Assembly: GCA_001643675.2 (NCBI GenBank)
Contig: LSRY02000047.1
Coordinates: 62,001 to 126,000, forward strand
DNA from: Monocercomonoides exilis PA203
Taxonomy: Eukaryota; Protista; Preaxostyla
Length of the DNA: 64,000 nucleotides
Reading direction: 5' to 3'
The translations under genes were made by a program, and so were the position numbers. This document shows, in pieces, positions 22,901 to 35,170 of the stretch; position 1 is the first letter of the stretch, and every line of letters starts with the position of its first letter. The notes beneath the pieces are model-generated. The model did no database searches. It had not been told where the DNA came from and saw only the letters and a list, made by a program, of their open reading frames with translations.

Positions 22901-24482
22901 TTTTCTTCTTTTCTTCTTTTCTTCTTTTCTTCTTTTCTTCTTTTCTTCTTTTCTTCTTTTCTTCTTTTCTTCTTTTCTTCTTTTCTTCTTTCTTCTTTCT
23001 TCTTCTTTATTCCCTTCCTATCAGAGCTGGCACCTTCCCTCTCTCGCTCTCTCTCTTCTACGTGGCTGAGCTTGCCCTCACACTCCACCACCTCCACTCT
23101 CAGAAGATTGTCTATCGCGATTTGAAACCAGAGAACATTTTAGTGCAGGAGAATGGGCATGTTATGCTGACAGACTTTGGCTTGGCGAAGATGGGGATAT
23201 CTGGAGTGGGGGGTGAGACAGCGAGGGAGAAGAAGAAGGAGAAAGAGAAGGAGAAAGAGAAAGAAAAAGAGAAAGATAAGGAGAATTCTGGTGCATCTAC
23301 ACAAAGTGGAGGAAAAGGAGGAGAAAGAGAGAGAGAAAGAGAAAAGGAGAAAGAGAAAGGAAGGAAGATTCAGACGCTGACGGGGCCTGGAATGATGAAA
23401 GGGATGATGAAGATTGAAGAGAAGGAGAACTGCACAGACACAGATCTAATTCCGACACTCACGTCTACTTTTTGTGGCACGCCAGAATATTTAGGTTTGG
23501 ATAAATGAATAAAATAATTGTGATTTTATGATTTATTTCAAATATTGTTTTTTTCGAACATTTGTTTGCTTATTTATTTTTGTATGTTTTCACTTATCAA
23601 CTGTGTTTATCTGACAAATCCTTTTTATAAATTCATTCTCATTTTATTTATTTATTTATTAATAATTTTTATTTTATTCAATACAAACAGCACCTGAAGT
23701 GATTCAAGGGCAGCCATATGGCACAGCAGTTGATTGGTGGGCGTTGGGCGTTCTCTTCTACGAGATGCTCGTTGGCCATCCACCTTTTTATTCATCAAAC
23801 AGGAACCAGCTGTACTGGAACACTCTGAATGTGTGATTGTGATTGCAATGATGTTTATGTTTTTGTTTTGATAGACATTAAATGGACATTTTTCTTTCCT
23901 TTTCTTTCAATTATTTTTGTTTTAATTTCAAAATTCATTTTTATCAACCATTTCTTTCGTATATTCCCTTTCATATTCTTCTCATTTACCGCCCTTCCTT
24001 TCCCATCTTCACAGTCTGCCCTCACCTTCCCCTCCTCCATCCCTTCCGTCGTCCAGAGCTTCATCTCCTCTCTGCTCTCGCGCAACCCCATCACCCGCCT
24101 CGGCTCAGGCCCCACGAGGGGAATGGAAGTGCTGTCACACCCGGTGTTTGCAGGGATCGACTGGGACAAGCTGCGGAAGCTGATGATTGCTCCGCCGTTT
24201 AAGCCGAATCTGAAGCTGGGCGTGATGGACATGTCAAACATTGACACGGCTTTCTTGTCGGAGCCTCCAATTGACTCGCCTGGGCCGGAGTTTGCGTCGG
24301 ATGCAGAGGCAGAAGAGGTGGAGAGAGAATTCGAAGGGTTTGACTACAACGAGGAGATGGTGCAGGAGGAGTGGGAGAAGGAGATCAAGGAGATGAAGGA
24401 GCAGAGGAGGAAGGAGAGGGAGAGGGAGAGAATCGAATGGGAGAGGAAGAAAAAGGAGGGGAAGACGAAAAAGACTGGGTAA
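19915..24482 (+). CDS. AGC-group Ser/Thr kinase (PKB/Akt-, SGK- or S6K-like) with N-terminal PH-like domain; 8 exons
   Basis: Exons ~19915-20283, 20371-20640, 20903-21301, 21613-22322, 23025-23494, 23691-23830 and 24015-24482 were resolved (the first 87-nt intron is in frame, so the count is approximate). Motifs [61 protein letters not shown]. Confidence 0.92.
22565..22990. repeat. (TTTTCTTC)n 8-bp intronic tandem repeat, ~53 copies
   Basis: Seen directly; lies inside an AGC kinase intron just upstream of the acceptor at 23024. Confidence 0.95.
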
Positions 24483-24704
24483 TATGGTGTTTTCTTCTAA
24501 TACTCTGAGAAAATCTAATTGTTTAATTACAAAATATTCTGTTATGATAAAAGAAGAAGAAAACCATATTGTTTGCGTAATATTCTATCTGAGCAATTTT
24601 TTTGCATTGATGGCTTATAAATGCATCTATTGGAGCATTTGATGATCAAACATGAAGAGATTTTATGGTTTGTCATTCTTCTATGCTTTGTCTTCTTTGA
24701 TGCA

Positions 24705-24895
24705 TTCTTCTTCTTCTTCTTCTTCTTCTTCTTCTTTCTTCAATAGTCTAGCTTACTCCTTCATTATTGTAATCATTATCTTCTTCTTCTTCTTCTTCTT
24801 CTTCTTCTTCTTCTTCTTCTTCTTCTTCTTCTTCTTCTTCTTCTTCTTCTTCTTCTTCTTCTTCTTCTTCTTCTACTTCTACTTCTTCTTCTTCA
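24705..24895. repeat. (TTC)n microsatellite tracts
   Basis: A short run at ~24705-24735 and a long run at ~24780-24895. Confidence 0.95.
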
Positions 24896-26669
24896 AATGT
24901 ATATTTTCCCTTTCTGCAAAGGTCAACTGTGTTATGTTTGCGTTCTCCTTTGTTCTTCTGCCCCATCCAATAAAATCATCCTTTTTTTTTTATGTTCAAT
25001 CTATTTTGCGATGAAATTTCGCAACGGGACTTTCGAAATGATCATGTTTGATAGCATCGCCAAAGGTTTTTTTATTTTTTTGACAGAAAACAAAAAAAAG
25101 GTGAAGAAAAAGTTATCAAACAAGGAAAAAAAAAAGGAAATGTGCTTCGAGTTGTGTGATTCGTTTTGTGTTATTTGCGTTTTTATTTTTTTATTTTGAT
25201 TTTTAATTTTTTTCGAGTGAGATTCATTGAACCAAGAATGGAAGAGAAACCAAATAAAAGATGTCTGTTTCATATTCTTTTTTGTTGAATGTTTTGATCT
25301 TATGACTTTATCATTTTTGGTTTATGTTTGTTTATGTTTGTTTTGTCTGTTTGCTTCCTTCCATTTTAAAAAGAGGATGAAGTCTGCGAAGATAGAAAAT
25401 GCAAGCCTTGTTTCTTGTGTGACGATTTTCATATCGCTCGCTGCTTCTTCAGTTTCTCTTTGCTTGACTTTCTTTCAAACCATCGTCGCAAAATGAAAGT
25501 GAAAGCATTTTTTGTTATGTTTTCTATTATTTATTTATTTTATTTATTTTATTTTTATTTTTATTTTTATTTTATTTATTTTTCTGTTCTTTTCTGTTCT
25601 TGTTTCAATGTGAAAATATTATAATCTGTCTGATGAACACACATGCTTCATCAGGCTCTTCTAAGCATGTTTTTTTTTTTTTCTGTGATTCTGTTTCTTT
25701 CTTCATCAAATTGTTGATTTCATTCTTCTCTTTTCTTGCGATTATTCTTTCGTTTTGTTCTTTTTATATATTATTTTTGATTGATTGATTGATTTTTTTC
25801 TTTCTTTATTGTTAGTTTTGTCTTCTTCCATTCAATTCCACTGTAATGATTCCTGTTATACGTCTCTTTCTTGCTTAGCTGATCCGTCACTGTTTTGTTG
25901 GAATAATCTTTGTCCTTCACAATGTTATTTTTCTGTTTGCTTTTTCTGTTCTGTTTTTATTGGACATCTCATTTTGTCAAGTTCGAGATGCGATTTGATT
26001 GCTCTCAACATGAAGGTTTTATTACATTTTGTTAAAGAAAAAATAAATAAATTGAGTTTCATCAGTTGACAATGATAAACAGAGAGGTGGGTGGATGATA
26101 TCTTTAAAAACAAAATAAAACATTATTATTCTTTGCTTTGACATATCCAGTGAACTAAGATGCTTCAAGAAATCTGAAAGTTATAAAAAATGCTAATTTG
26201 ATAACAAAATTGGATTATTGCAATCAAAATTGAAATGACTGAAAGCTTCTCAACTGAAAATCAGAAAATGAATTGAAAAAGAAAAAGAAAAACAATACAA
26301 AATTATAATAAATGTGACACAGAATTCGAAATATGAGGAAAAAAAGTAAGGAAAATACCAAAAAAAAAAAAAAAAAAAACTTAAATGTTCCACAAAGTTC
26401 AAAAAGAATTTGCTTCAACAAAACAACTGTCTAACAACATAAAACCGCAGATATTTCAAGACTTTTCTTTAAAAAAGAGAAATTGTAACAAAATAAACAG
26501 AACAATTTGAATGAAAGTGAAGCTCCACTCATTCCATTCTCGGTCGATAAAAAGAATACAAAAAAGATAAAAACATCAGAAAACATAAGGTCTTCAAGCA
26601 TATCACAGTATCAAATAGTGAACAAGTAAACAGAAAACATAGGGAATGGTGGAGTATCCATTGGAGAAT

Positions 26670-26840
26670 AGAGAAGAGAAGAGAAGAGAAGAGAAGAGAA
26701 GAGAAGAGAAGAGAAGAGAAGAGAAGAGAAGAGAAGAGAAGAGAAGAGAAGAGAAGAGAAGAGAAGAGAAGAGAAGAGAAGAGAAGAGAAGAGAAGAGAA
26801 GAGAAGAGAAGAGAAGAGAAGAGAAGAGAAGAGAAGAGAA
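26670..26840. repeat. (GAGAA)n pentanucleotide microsatellite
   Basis: About 33 tandem units visible directly. Confidence 0.95.
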
Positions 26841-27352
26841 AAGGAAAGCTCGAGATCAAACTAACATGAGCATTAGACGATTTATCGAGATTAAACATTT
26901 CAACATTAACGAGATTCACCAACAAGAAAGATTTCAGAGAAAAAAATGCAATAATTTTAGAAAATTTGAAAATATGTCTCAAATAAAAAGAAAGATTAAA
27001 GAAAAAGAAAAAAGAAAGAAAAGAAAAGAAAAGAAAAGAAAAAAGAAAGAAACATCAACAAAACTTTTAAAAAAGTATTCAAAATAATCCAAATGAAATA
27101 TTCAAAAAGATGAGACAAAATAATACTTACATAAAAAAAATTGAACAAGGAACAAAAGGTAAAGCTTTACCTTCACAAATGAAGAAGAGGAAGAGAAAGT
27201 GGAAGAGAAAGAGGAGGAGGAAGAATAAGAAGAAAAGATTATGAAAATTCATTGAAAATGGAGATTTAGAAGCAAATGACAATAATGAATTCATTAAAAC
27301 TTAGCTTTTTTTTGGAAAAAAAATGAAAAATGTAGTTATTTTTTTTTTAAGT

Positions 27353-29828
27353 TCAGATGTTTGAGAACTGTGGCAGTGTCCATCCAATCAGACTCATCAA
27401 ACACATCATTGCCTTGTCACACTCCATCATGAGAAACAGATCTCGTTCGCCTGAACATTCAACGGAATCAATGGGAAATAAAAAGAGATAATTATTATAA
27501 AGAAAAAAAAAAGTCAAGGAAATAAAAAGAGACAGAAAAAAAGAAAGAAATGCAATTTAAAAAACGAATGAACGAACGAAAAGCCAATTTCATTCGACAA
27601 TTATTCATTTTAATAAGCAGTCAAATAAATAAAATAGAAGAAATAATAAACAAACTGCTTCGAAAGTGCTTTGTCTGCTTTTGTGAATGTCCAGAAGAGC
27701 TATTCTGTGAAGCAGAAGACAGAGAAGAAGAAGAAGGGGAAGAAATGTTATGCTGTGAAGAAGACGAATTGGAAGAATTTAGCTGAATGTCTGATGAAGA
27801 TGAGGAATGAGGAGAAGAAGAGACAGAAGAAGAAGAGGAGGAGGAGGAAGAAGAAGAAGAAACATTCATTTGTGCTGATTGCTCAGTCACAGGCACAGTC
27901 TCCTGCTGTTTTTGCGTGTTTATCGAGCCAAATGACAAAAATGAAGGACTCTTCTCATTTGTTGCACTGGGAGATATAGAAACTGAATTGCAAGAAGAAG
28001 AAGAAGAAGAAGAAGAAGAAGAAGAACAAGTAGAAGAAGAAGGTGACTGCGACTGTGAAGAAGGCGGAGAGGGTGACGGAGAAGGTGAATAATCTCCGAA
28101 ATACGCCAGCGCCGGAAACTGAGACGCAGATGCTGGGTCAAAACCAGAACTTGAACTTGAATTTGAGACAGGCGACGAGCTCTTCCCCTTCGCAAAGGGC
28201 GACAGCGCACGAGGGATCTCCATTCCTTTCTTCAGCAGCGCAAAGAGCAGGCGGAAGTCAAATGGAAACACCGTCCAGTTCTCGCTGCTCGCGTCTGGGC
28301 CGAACAGATGCTCCCTCAGCGCATCCATCACGTCCCTTCCTGCGCCGATGTCGCTCCCGGCAACTGCAATGCGCCACTTCATCCGCATCTTCCGCTTCGC
28401 AGCCTCGCTCCGCCGCCGCAGCTGCTTCTGAAGCAGACGCAGTTCGCTCAGTCTGGGAGATGTGTGTGACGTGCTGGAATGAAGATGTTCTGTGGAATCA
28501 GAATGTTTTTGCTGTTCAGAGTGAAATGTGCTCGTGTGGATGGACAGTTTATCTTTCTTTGAATAGCTTTTTGAAGATGCTTTGGAATTGTCATTGGAAT
28601 AATCACGGCTTCCTTTTCCACTTCCATCTTTGCCTTTATTCAATGCATCCTCATTTTCTTTCTGAATATCTCCGTCTATTTCACTTTTTCCTTCCTCTCT
28701 ATTTTCGTCCCCTCTTTCAGCTTTCAAATCGTCGCCTGCATTTTCCTCCATCTCATTCAAGCTTAGCAGCTCCATATGCATCTCCCCTTCCTCGTCCTCT
28801 GCCGCCATCTCAAACAACGTCGGGATGTCTTGCACATCCCTGTTCATCTCGTCAATCACCTCCATCGGCTGCGCATCTGTCGAAATGATCACCCTCGGAG
28901 TGGTGCTCGGCACAAGCGACGGAAACGTGTTGAACGGATACACCTTCAGCGATGTCCCCATCACAAACAGCAGATCGCATTCTTCCAAATCCTTCGCACA
29001 CAGCTGCTGGCACCGCTGCGGAATCGGCTCTCCGAAAAAGACTAGGTCGGGCTTCATCTGCGTTTTGCACAGCGGACACCGTGGGCCTTCGTCATTGTCA
29101 TTCTCTTTCATAATCTGGTCAAGAATTTTTTCTCCATTTTTTTCAACAAAGCAGCACTTTGGATTGATGCAGTGTGCAGTCTTAAAAGATCCATGCACTT
29201 CAACTATCTTTTCTTCTGGAATGCCTGCTTTGCTTTCGAGTCCATCAACATTTTGAGTATATATCCTCCTCAAAATTCCTTTATCATTAAAAAGTTTCAA
29301 CATTTGATGTGTAAATGTTGGCTTAAGCGAAGATAAATCAAAAAATTTGCGAAGGCACGCATAAAATGGTTTTGGGTCTTCAGAAAAATAACTAAGAAAA
29401 AGAAATAATTGTTGAATTTATTTTTTCAAATGATTTTCAAACTTAACGTCAAATATTGCATATGGATTTGGGAGTTTTGTAAATAGTGGATTGTTATCTT
29501 GTGCAAGTTGATAAAACAATCCGGTTCCAGGAGAGCGAAAGTCAGGAAGGATTGAAGACGAAACACCTGCTCCCATCAAAACAACAATATTGTGATATTT
29601 CTCTGATTCGAGTCCATCTGCAACTTCTTCTAATGTTACCTTTTTTATGGGAAATTTTGAATATGGTAAAAACATGCGATGGAGCTCATTAACAGAAGGA
29701 AAAGTTCGAAGTCTAAATCGCTTTGAAAAAACGACTGAAAGGATAATGCAGATTGAAAAACAGCACCAAATTGTAGCTCCAAAAGCGTTGTTTGGATCTA
29801 GAATTTCAAATAAATTTTTTAAGTGCAT
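27353..29828 (-). CDS. NAD-dependent deacetylase, class I sirtuin (SIRT2/Hst2-like); 3 exons
   Basis: GAGVS, PDFRSPGTGL, IFDVNYFSEDPKPFY (spliced), YTQNVDGLE, HGSF, C..C/C..C zinc motif, KPDLVFFGE, GTSLKVYPF. Last exon ERDLFLMMECDKAMMCLMSLIGW (27353-27450). Start is at 29828 or 29675. Confidence 0.9.
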
Positions 29829-30101
29829 ATACTCGTCAAAAGACAAGTAAAACAAAAATGTGAGTAATTTGTTATGGAAAAATAAATTTTCAAATCATAC
29901 AAAAAAAAAATATCAAAATCACATAAAAATAATAAACTTTGATTTGCGTTTGATCAAGTACACAATGTTGAAACGATTATCATTTATATCAAAAGTTTTT
30001 TGATGTTTATTCTGTCGGAAAAAAAATCGAATGATTTTTCAGATCAAACTTGATAATTGTTTGAGGAGATTTGTTGTGGTGCGGTATATTGCATCTAACA
30101 T

Positions 30102-30767
30102 ATGGGAACGATTGTTAACGATATTTCACTAAATTCCTTTGGAGAAATGGAAAGAATTAAAATTGAACTCAAACGAGAAATCATCGAGAAATCAGCTTTG
30201 GTACCTTGCATGTATTTTATCAGCAATCCGCAATTGCCTTCACAACAATTTCTTGAAAAATCCTCGTTTTTTATTGCAAATATATTTCTTCAGACGTTGT
30301 ATTCCGTTGAGAGTTGCACCAAAGTCATTTCATCAGATGAACGAATGGAACCAGCAGAACAACTCATCGCACCAGAAACCATAAGCGTGTTTTCTGAGCA
30401 AATTCTTGACTTTTTCACATTTACACAACAGTATGCGCGAATGACTGTTGCTGAGATTATACACGCAGTGTCACTTTTTCAAGATCTTATGGATAGTCAA
30501 ACGAATGAAAATGAAGGAGAAAACGACTGCTTTATAAAACTTGACTTACTGGGAACATTGTTGATGATTAGTCTTCTTCTCTCTGTAAAATTTAATCGAG
30601 ATCATCCACTGAATAATAAGTGGTGGGCTGATGCTGTTGGAGTACCTCTCTCTGTTGTGAATGAATCTGAAATAGCTTATTTTTGTAGGATTCATTACAC
30701 TTGTTCAATTGATGAACACAAGGCAACTGATCTCTTGTATACAATTTTGAATTTTAAAATTATATGA
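30102..30767 (+). CDS. PHO80/P-type cyclin-box protein
   Basis: LLMISLLLSVKFNRDHPLNNKWWADAVGVPLSVVNESEIAYFCRIHY resembles the PHO80/PCL cyclin-box pattern L..K...D....N..WA...G.....N..E..F. Confidence 0.7.
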   Translation: MGTIVNDISLNSFGEMERIKIELKREIIEKSALVPCMYFISNPQLPSQQFLEKSSFFIANIFLQTLYSVESCTKVISSDERMEPAEQLIAPETISVFSEQILDFFTFTQQYARMTVAEIIHAVSLFQDLMDSQTNENEGENDCFIKLDLLGTLLMISLLLSVKFNRDHPLNNKWWADAVGVPLSVVNESEIAYFCRIHYTCSIDEHKATDLLYTILNFKII

Positions 30768-31735
30768 TTTTTTTTTTCATAAATATTGTAAACTTTTATA
30801 AATTTTCAGTTAAATTTTGTTTAAGAAAATGCACGGAGTTGTTGCATTTATATGAGTAATTCTTATTACTTTTTAATTATTTCTGTGTAAATTACGCTTT
30901 TTATTTTTGTTTTGTTTCCTTTTATTTTTTGTTGGTCTTTTTTTTGATCGGAGTTTTGATCAAATTTTTGTAAATTTAGCTTCATATTACGTTCTGAACA
31001 GAAGTGTACATGAAGTAATTTTATATATATATATTTATTGTTAAGACAGTATGTACAGTTTTCATTTGGTATAAAATTATTTTGTGGTATGTATTAAAAG
31101 AGAGAACTTTTTGTTCATTTTTCTTTTCTGTTTTTATTTCAAAAAACTACAGGAATAGAGAATTGACTATGAATAAAACATATCTTTAAAAAAATAAGCA
31201 ACTGAATATTTTAATTTTCTTGTTCGTTTTACGCAAAAAGATTACAACTTCACAGATGAATGGGAATATTATTTTCATATTGAAAAAAAGAGAGATAGAG
31301 TAGAGGGAGAAAAATGAAACTTCAGAAATGAAAAAACTTAGTCATTAGCCATGTTTGGTGAATGATAAATATTATTCAGAATTGAAATGCAAGATTCTTA
31401 TCGAAATGTCCAAAGGAAAATGAAGATTTTCATTTGCAGAAGTGTTTTGTCATTTCTCGGAATATTACAAAAAACGTAAATAAAATATGTATAAAAGCCA
31501 AGTATCACAAAGATAAATACAAAAATGTGATAAAAAATCAAGAGTTTCATTTGACTTTACTGTTATAAAGAAATACACCAACTTAAAGTCTGAGCAAAAA
31601 CATCAAAAATTATGAAGAATTAGAAAAGGCTTTTTTTTTATCACTTACCCAATTAATTCTGTAACACTTATAAAATCACAGATACAGAAAATAATTTGCG
31701 AAACATAAGAATAATCGACGTCTATAGTATCGCTC

Positions 31736-33179
31736 TTAACTACCTAATATTTGTTGGAAGCTCATCATGACGTCTTCATATCCTTTTTCCTCAAACTTTG
31801 AAAATATCTCCCTTTTTGTTATTTTCATCTCAGCTTCGGTTTTCTCTTTTTCGATTTCTTTTCCATTGTCCTCTTCATTTTCTTCATTATCCTCCATGCT
31901 TTCTTCTTCACTTTCTTCATCAAAAATTTCAAGCACCTTTCCGTTCAATCTTTTAGATAAATTTATTAAAAAATTCAAACAGCTCCTTATCAATTCATCT
32001 TTCAAAGTTGCATGTTCAATTTCCTCCAAAATTAGGTCAATGAACCCGCACTTCTTCAAATCATTAGCATTTACTGCTTTCCATTTACACATTAACATCA
32101 ACGTTTCGATGCAACTATCAGAAACATAATCATTGTTTTCTCTTGCCATTCTGAATAATCTTACGAGGCACTGAATGAACTCGTCGTATTCTACTTTAAA
32201 TTTGCATTCAGGGAAAAACTCACAGAGCATTTCACACCACTTGATGATGATATGCGTGATATCTTCAGCTCCCATCTCTTTCTTCTCCCAGGCAACATAT
32301 CTCGACAGCTCTTCCAACTCACTTGTTGCTTCTCTAAAAAAATGCAGCTCATTCGTCATCATGCACTCCACACTTTTTTCATTCTGCATTCGATTCATCA
32401 AGAATCTCCATGCTGATAGATAAGCAAGATGCGTGAGACTATGCTGTTGCTGGTAATGATGGATTATTTCTGTGATCTCAAAAATATATAGTTTTTTTTG
32501 AATTATCTTTCCAGAAATAAACAAATTCAATATTTACTAGGAATTGATAATATTCAAACTATGAACTCGTCAATTGTACTCAAAGCTAGCAACGCCAATT
32601 CAACTTCTTTTTGTCTTTCCTTGTTTTCCTCTTTTTCTAATGCAAGCTTCAAAAGATTAGGCACGCAAATATGATATAATTCGTTTGGTAAACATTCACA
32701 AAGCAACAGACAACATTTGCAAAGATCGATAAGAAGTTCAACATTCTTTCCTTCTTTTTTCTTCTCTTCTTCAAAAACCATCTTCACAAACTTTTTCATC
32801 AATAAAGAATTGTTCAAGAACAAACAAGATGTTTCATTCAATGCATTATGATATCCCATTTTCTTCGTCAAAAGGATAGCGTTTTCTTGTGATAATGTCT
32901 TTTCTTCAATCATATTGTCGATTTTGTTGAGTAATTCGGTTGATAAAACGGATTCTAATTCATTCCATCTCATATTTTTCATGATTTTGTTCATTTCATC
33001 AATATTTTGTATCTGTTTCTCCTTGGCACAACATTCAAGTTCAGAAAATTTTTCTTTCAAAAGAATTCTTTAAAAAACAATCTATCATCGAATTTTTTCA
33101 AATGAATACCTCTAAATTCAAGAGTCGAAAGTGTGGTCAGAAATTCATCAAAAGATTCGAAACTATTCAAATCATCCAT
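31736..33179 (-). CDS. Lineage-specific all-helical (ARM/HEAT-like) hypothetical protein; 3 exons
   Basis: ATG at 33179; short GT-AG introns near 33070-33109 and 32510-32559 join the two ORFs. Motifs LLIDLCKCCLLL, KEVELALLALS, EITEII.Y....SLTHLAYLSAW resemble an expanded oxymonad family (recalled, unverified). Confidence 0.65.
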
Positions 33180-33753
33180 GTTTTTTTGATATTTTCTCTA
33201 TAAGAGAATATAATAATAATGGTTTATGCTTTCAATAAATGCGAATTGTGGTTATGAAAAGTCAATGATTGAAATAACTGAATGGATTCTGAATATGTGA
33301 CCTCTTAAAGAACGTGAGAAAATATTGAAATTATGGAAAACGATTGTTTATTTATGATTTGTTAAGAAAAACGTGTTCCTTTTTCTTGGATGTAAATGAT
33401 TGAAGAAAAAGCAAATATGAAAAGTTATTGTCCATCAACAAGTTAGACATATTGACGCTTTCATCAATAATTATTTGTTTTTCACTATATGCAAATGGAG
33501 ATTAAAACAATCTCTTTTGAAAATAAATTTTGCATGAAAGAATGAGATAAAGAAAATTATAAATTTTCTTTAAATAAATCGTTGCCAATTTTGATAAAAT
33601 AGTATTTCATGTGACTTACAAGCAAAGCTGCATAAGCTTAAAAAAGAAAAGAAAAAGGAAGTGAACAACACTCGCTTGTCAGATAAAGCCTTTTTAAAAA
33701 AATAACATTCATGAACATTTTTCCAATTGTATAACACTCAACCGCAAAATAAA

Positions 33754-35170
33754 TCATTTTATTTTCTGAATTTGCTTTATAAGATCACCGCATTGCGCTT
33801 CTTTTGCTGAACATCTGCAAAATCTCACGGTTCTGTTAATTGTGGAAGGGCCAGAAGGAGAAAAAGGATGTCAGTTCAAATATACAGCAGTACATTTCAA
33901 TTTTGATTTCATTCAAAAATTACCATTTATAATTGCAAATAAAGCACAGATATTATAACAATACAATAATAATAAAGCAAATGCTCCAAAAAAAATCAAA
34001 CCTGTTCAGTTCGTCAAAGCGAAATGGCTCCTCCAAATCGCCAAGTGCTTCTAAATCCTCGTTACCTTCATCAGAGTCGCCACTGCCTGAACTTGAAGAG
34101 GAGCGCTTTTTGCCGCCAAGATGGGAGCGCCCGCTGCAACAGCAGAAGATGCGAGAAAGGAGAGAGCCGCGGGATGAGGAAGGGATTGCGGAGTGTGTTT
34201 TGATGTGTCCTGTTACGCTTGCACGGCTCTTTCGAATGGCAAAGCTAACAGAAAAAAAAAAGGAGAAGAAGATGTGTTGAACTTTTAAAAATATTCAAAT
34301 AATGGCAAACATTTCTTCTTCCAAAGCATTAATGTACTCATTAAGCTCGTTATCCTCCTCCTCATCTTCTTCATTTTCGTTATTCTTTGTTGATTTTAGT
34401 AGATCAATTTTGTTAAATGCTATTAACAAAGGAATTTTGTTTTCTGATAGTTGAACATTAACAAGAAGATCCACAATAAATCTACATTGAAAATAAGCGC
34501 ATATCAACATATATCATAAATCATAAAAAAATAAATATCAAACATTGCGATGTCATGTAATTGTGAACGGAATGTTGAAATATCAACAACAAAAACAAGA
34601 GCTGTAAGCTCGTCAAAGTGAGTATTGTGATAAAATCTACCACGAAGCCTAGAAGCTCCAGGAAAATCAATAAAATGAATAATATTCTTCTTCGTTCGTT
34701 TGTCCTAAAGAAACAATCACTTTTTTTGAACAGAAATCTTCAAAAAAAACAGACTGTATCAATAGCTATTGGGAAAAGACCTTCATTTTCAACCATTGAT
34801 GTTTGAGTTTCGACAAATTTTCCATGTTTCATCTTTACAATACTCATTATATATCAAAATAACAACAATTATTGCCAAACTTGAAAATATAAAACTGTTT
34901 TTCCTGAATCTGATAATCCGATGATCCCAACAGTTGGCTGCTTTGTTTTTTTACAGCAAAGAAGCACTATTTTAGCAAAAGCATTTTGTTAAAGCGTCAA
35001 TGAGTAATATTTATAACGATCAAACAACTCAAAAATAGTAAAACTATTAGTGAAAATGCTGCGATAGAAACAATCTGTAAAGTAATGTTGAGAGAAAAAT
35101 CTCCCACATTAACAGTTGTTAAAACATTTTCAGCAAGAAACCAATGCTTTATTTGATTGACGTACTCCAT
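33754..35170 (-). CDS. SRPRB: Signal recognition particle receptor beta subunit; multi-exon
   Basis: N-terminal TM (ITLQIVSIAAFSLIVLLF), IIGLSDSGKTVLYFQ, ETQTSM.EN, IDFPGA.RLR, LVFVVD, PLLIAFNKIDL, ALEEE..IRKSR, LG...EPFRFDEL, final exon VRFCRCSAK. Confidence 0.82.

Noticed and set aside
22271-23125. FFFSSFLL / RRKEEKKK repeat ORFs
   Set aside because: Translations of the intronic 8-bp tandem repeat; the same applies to ORFs over the (TTC)n, (GAGAA)n and (TTTC)n tracts.
32510-32559. Apparent frameshift making the helical protein a pseudogene
   Set aside because: A ~50 nt GTTTGA...AAAG intron restores the frame.
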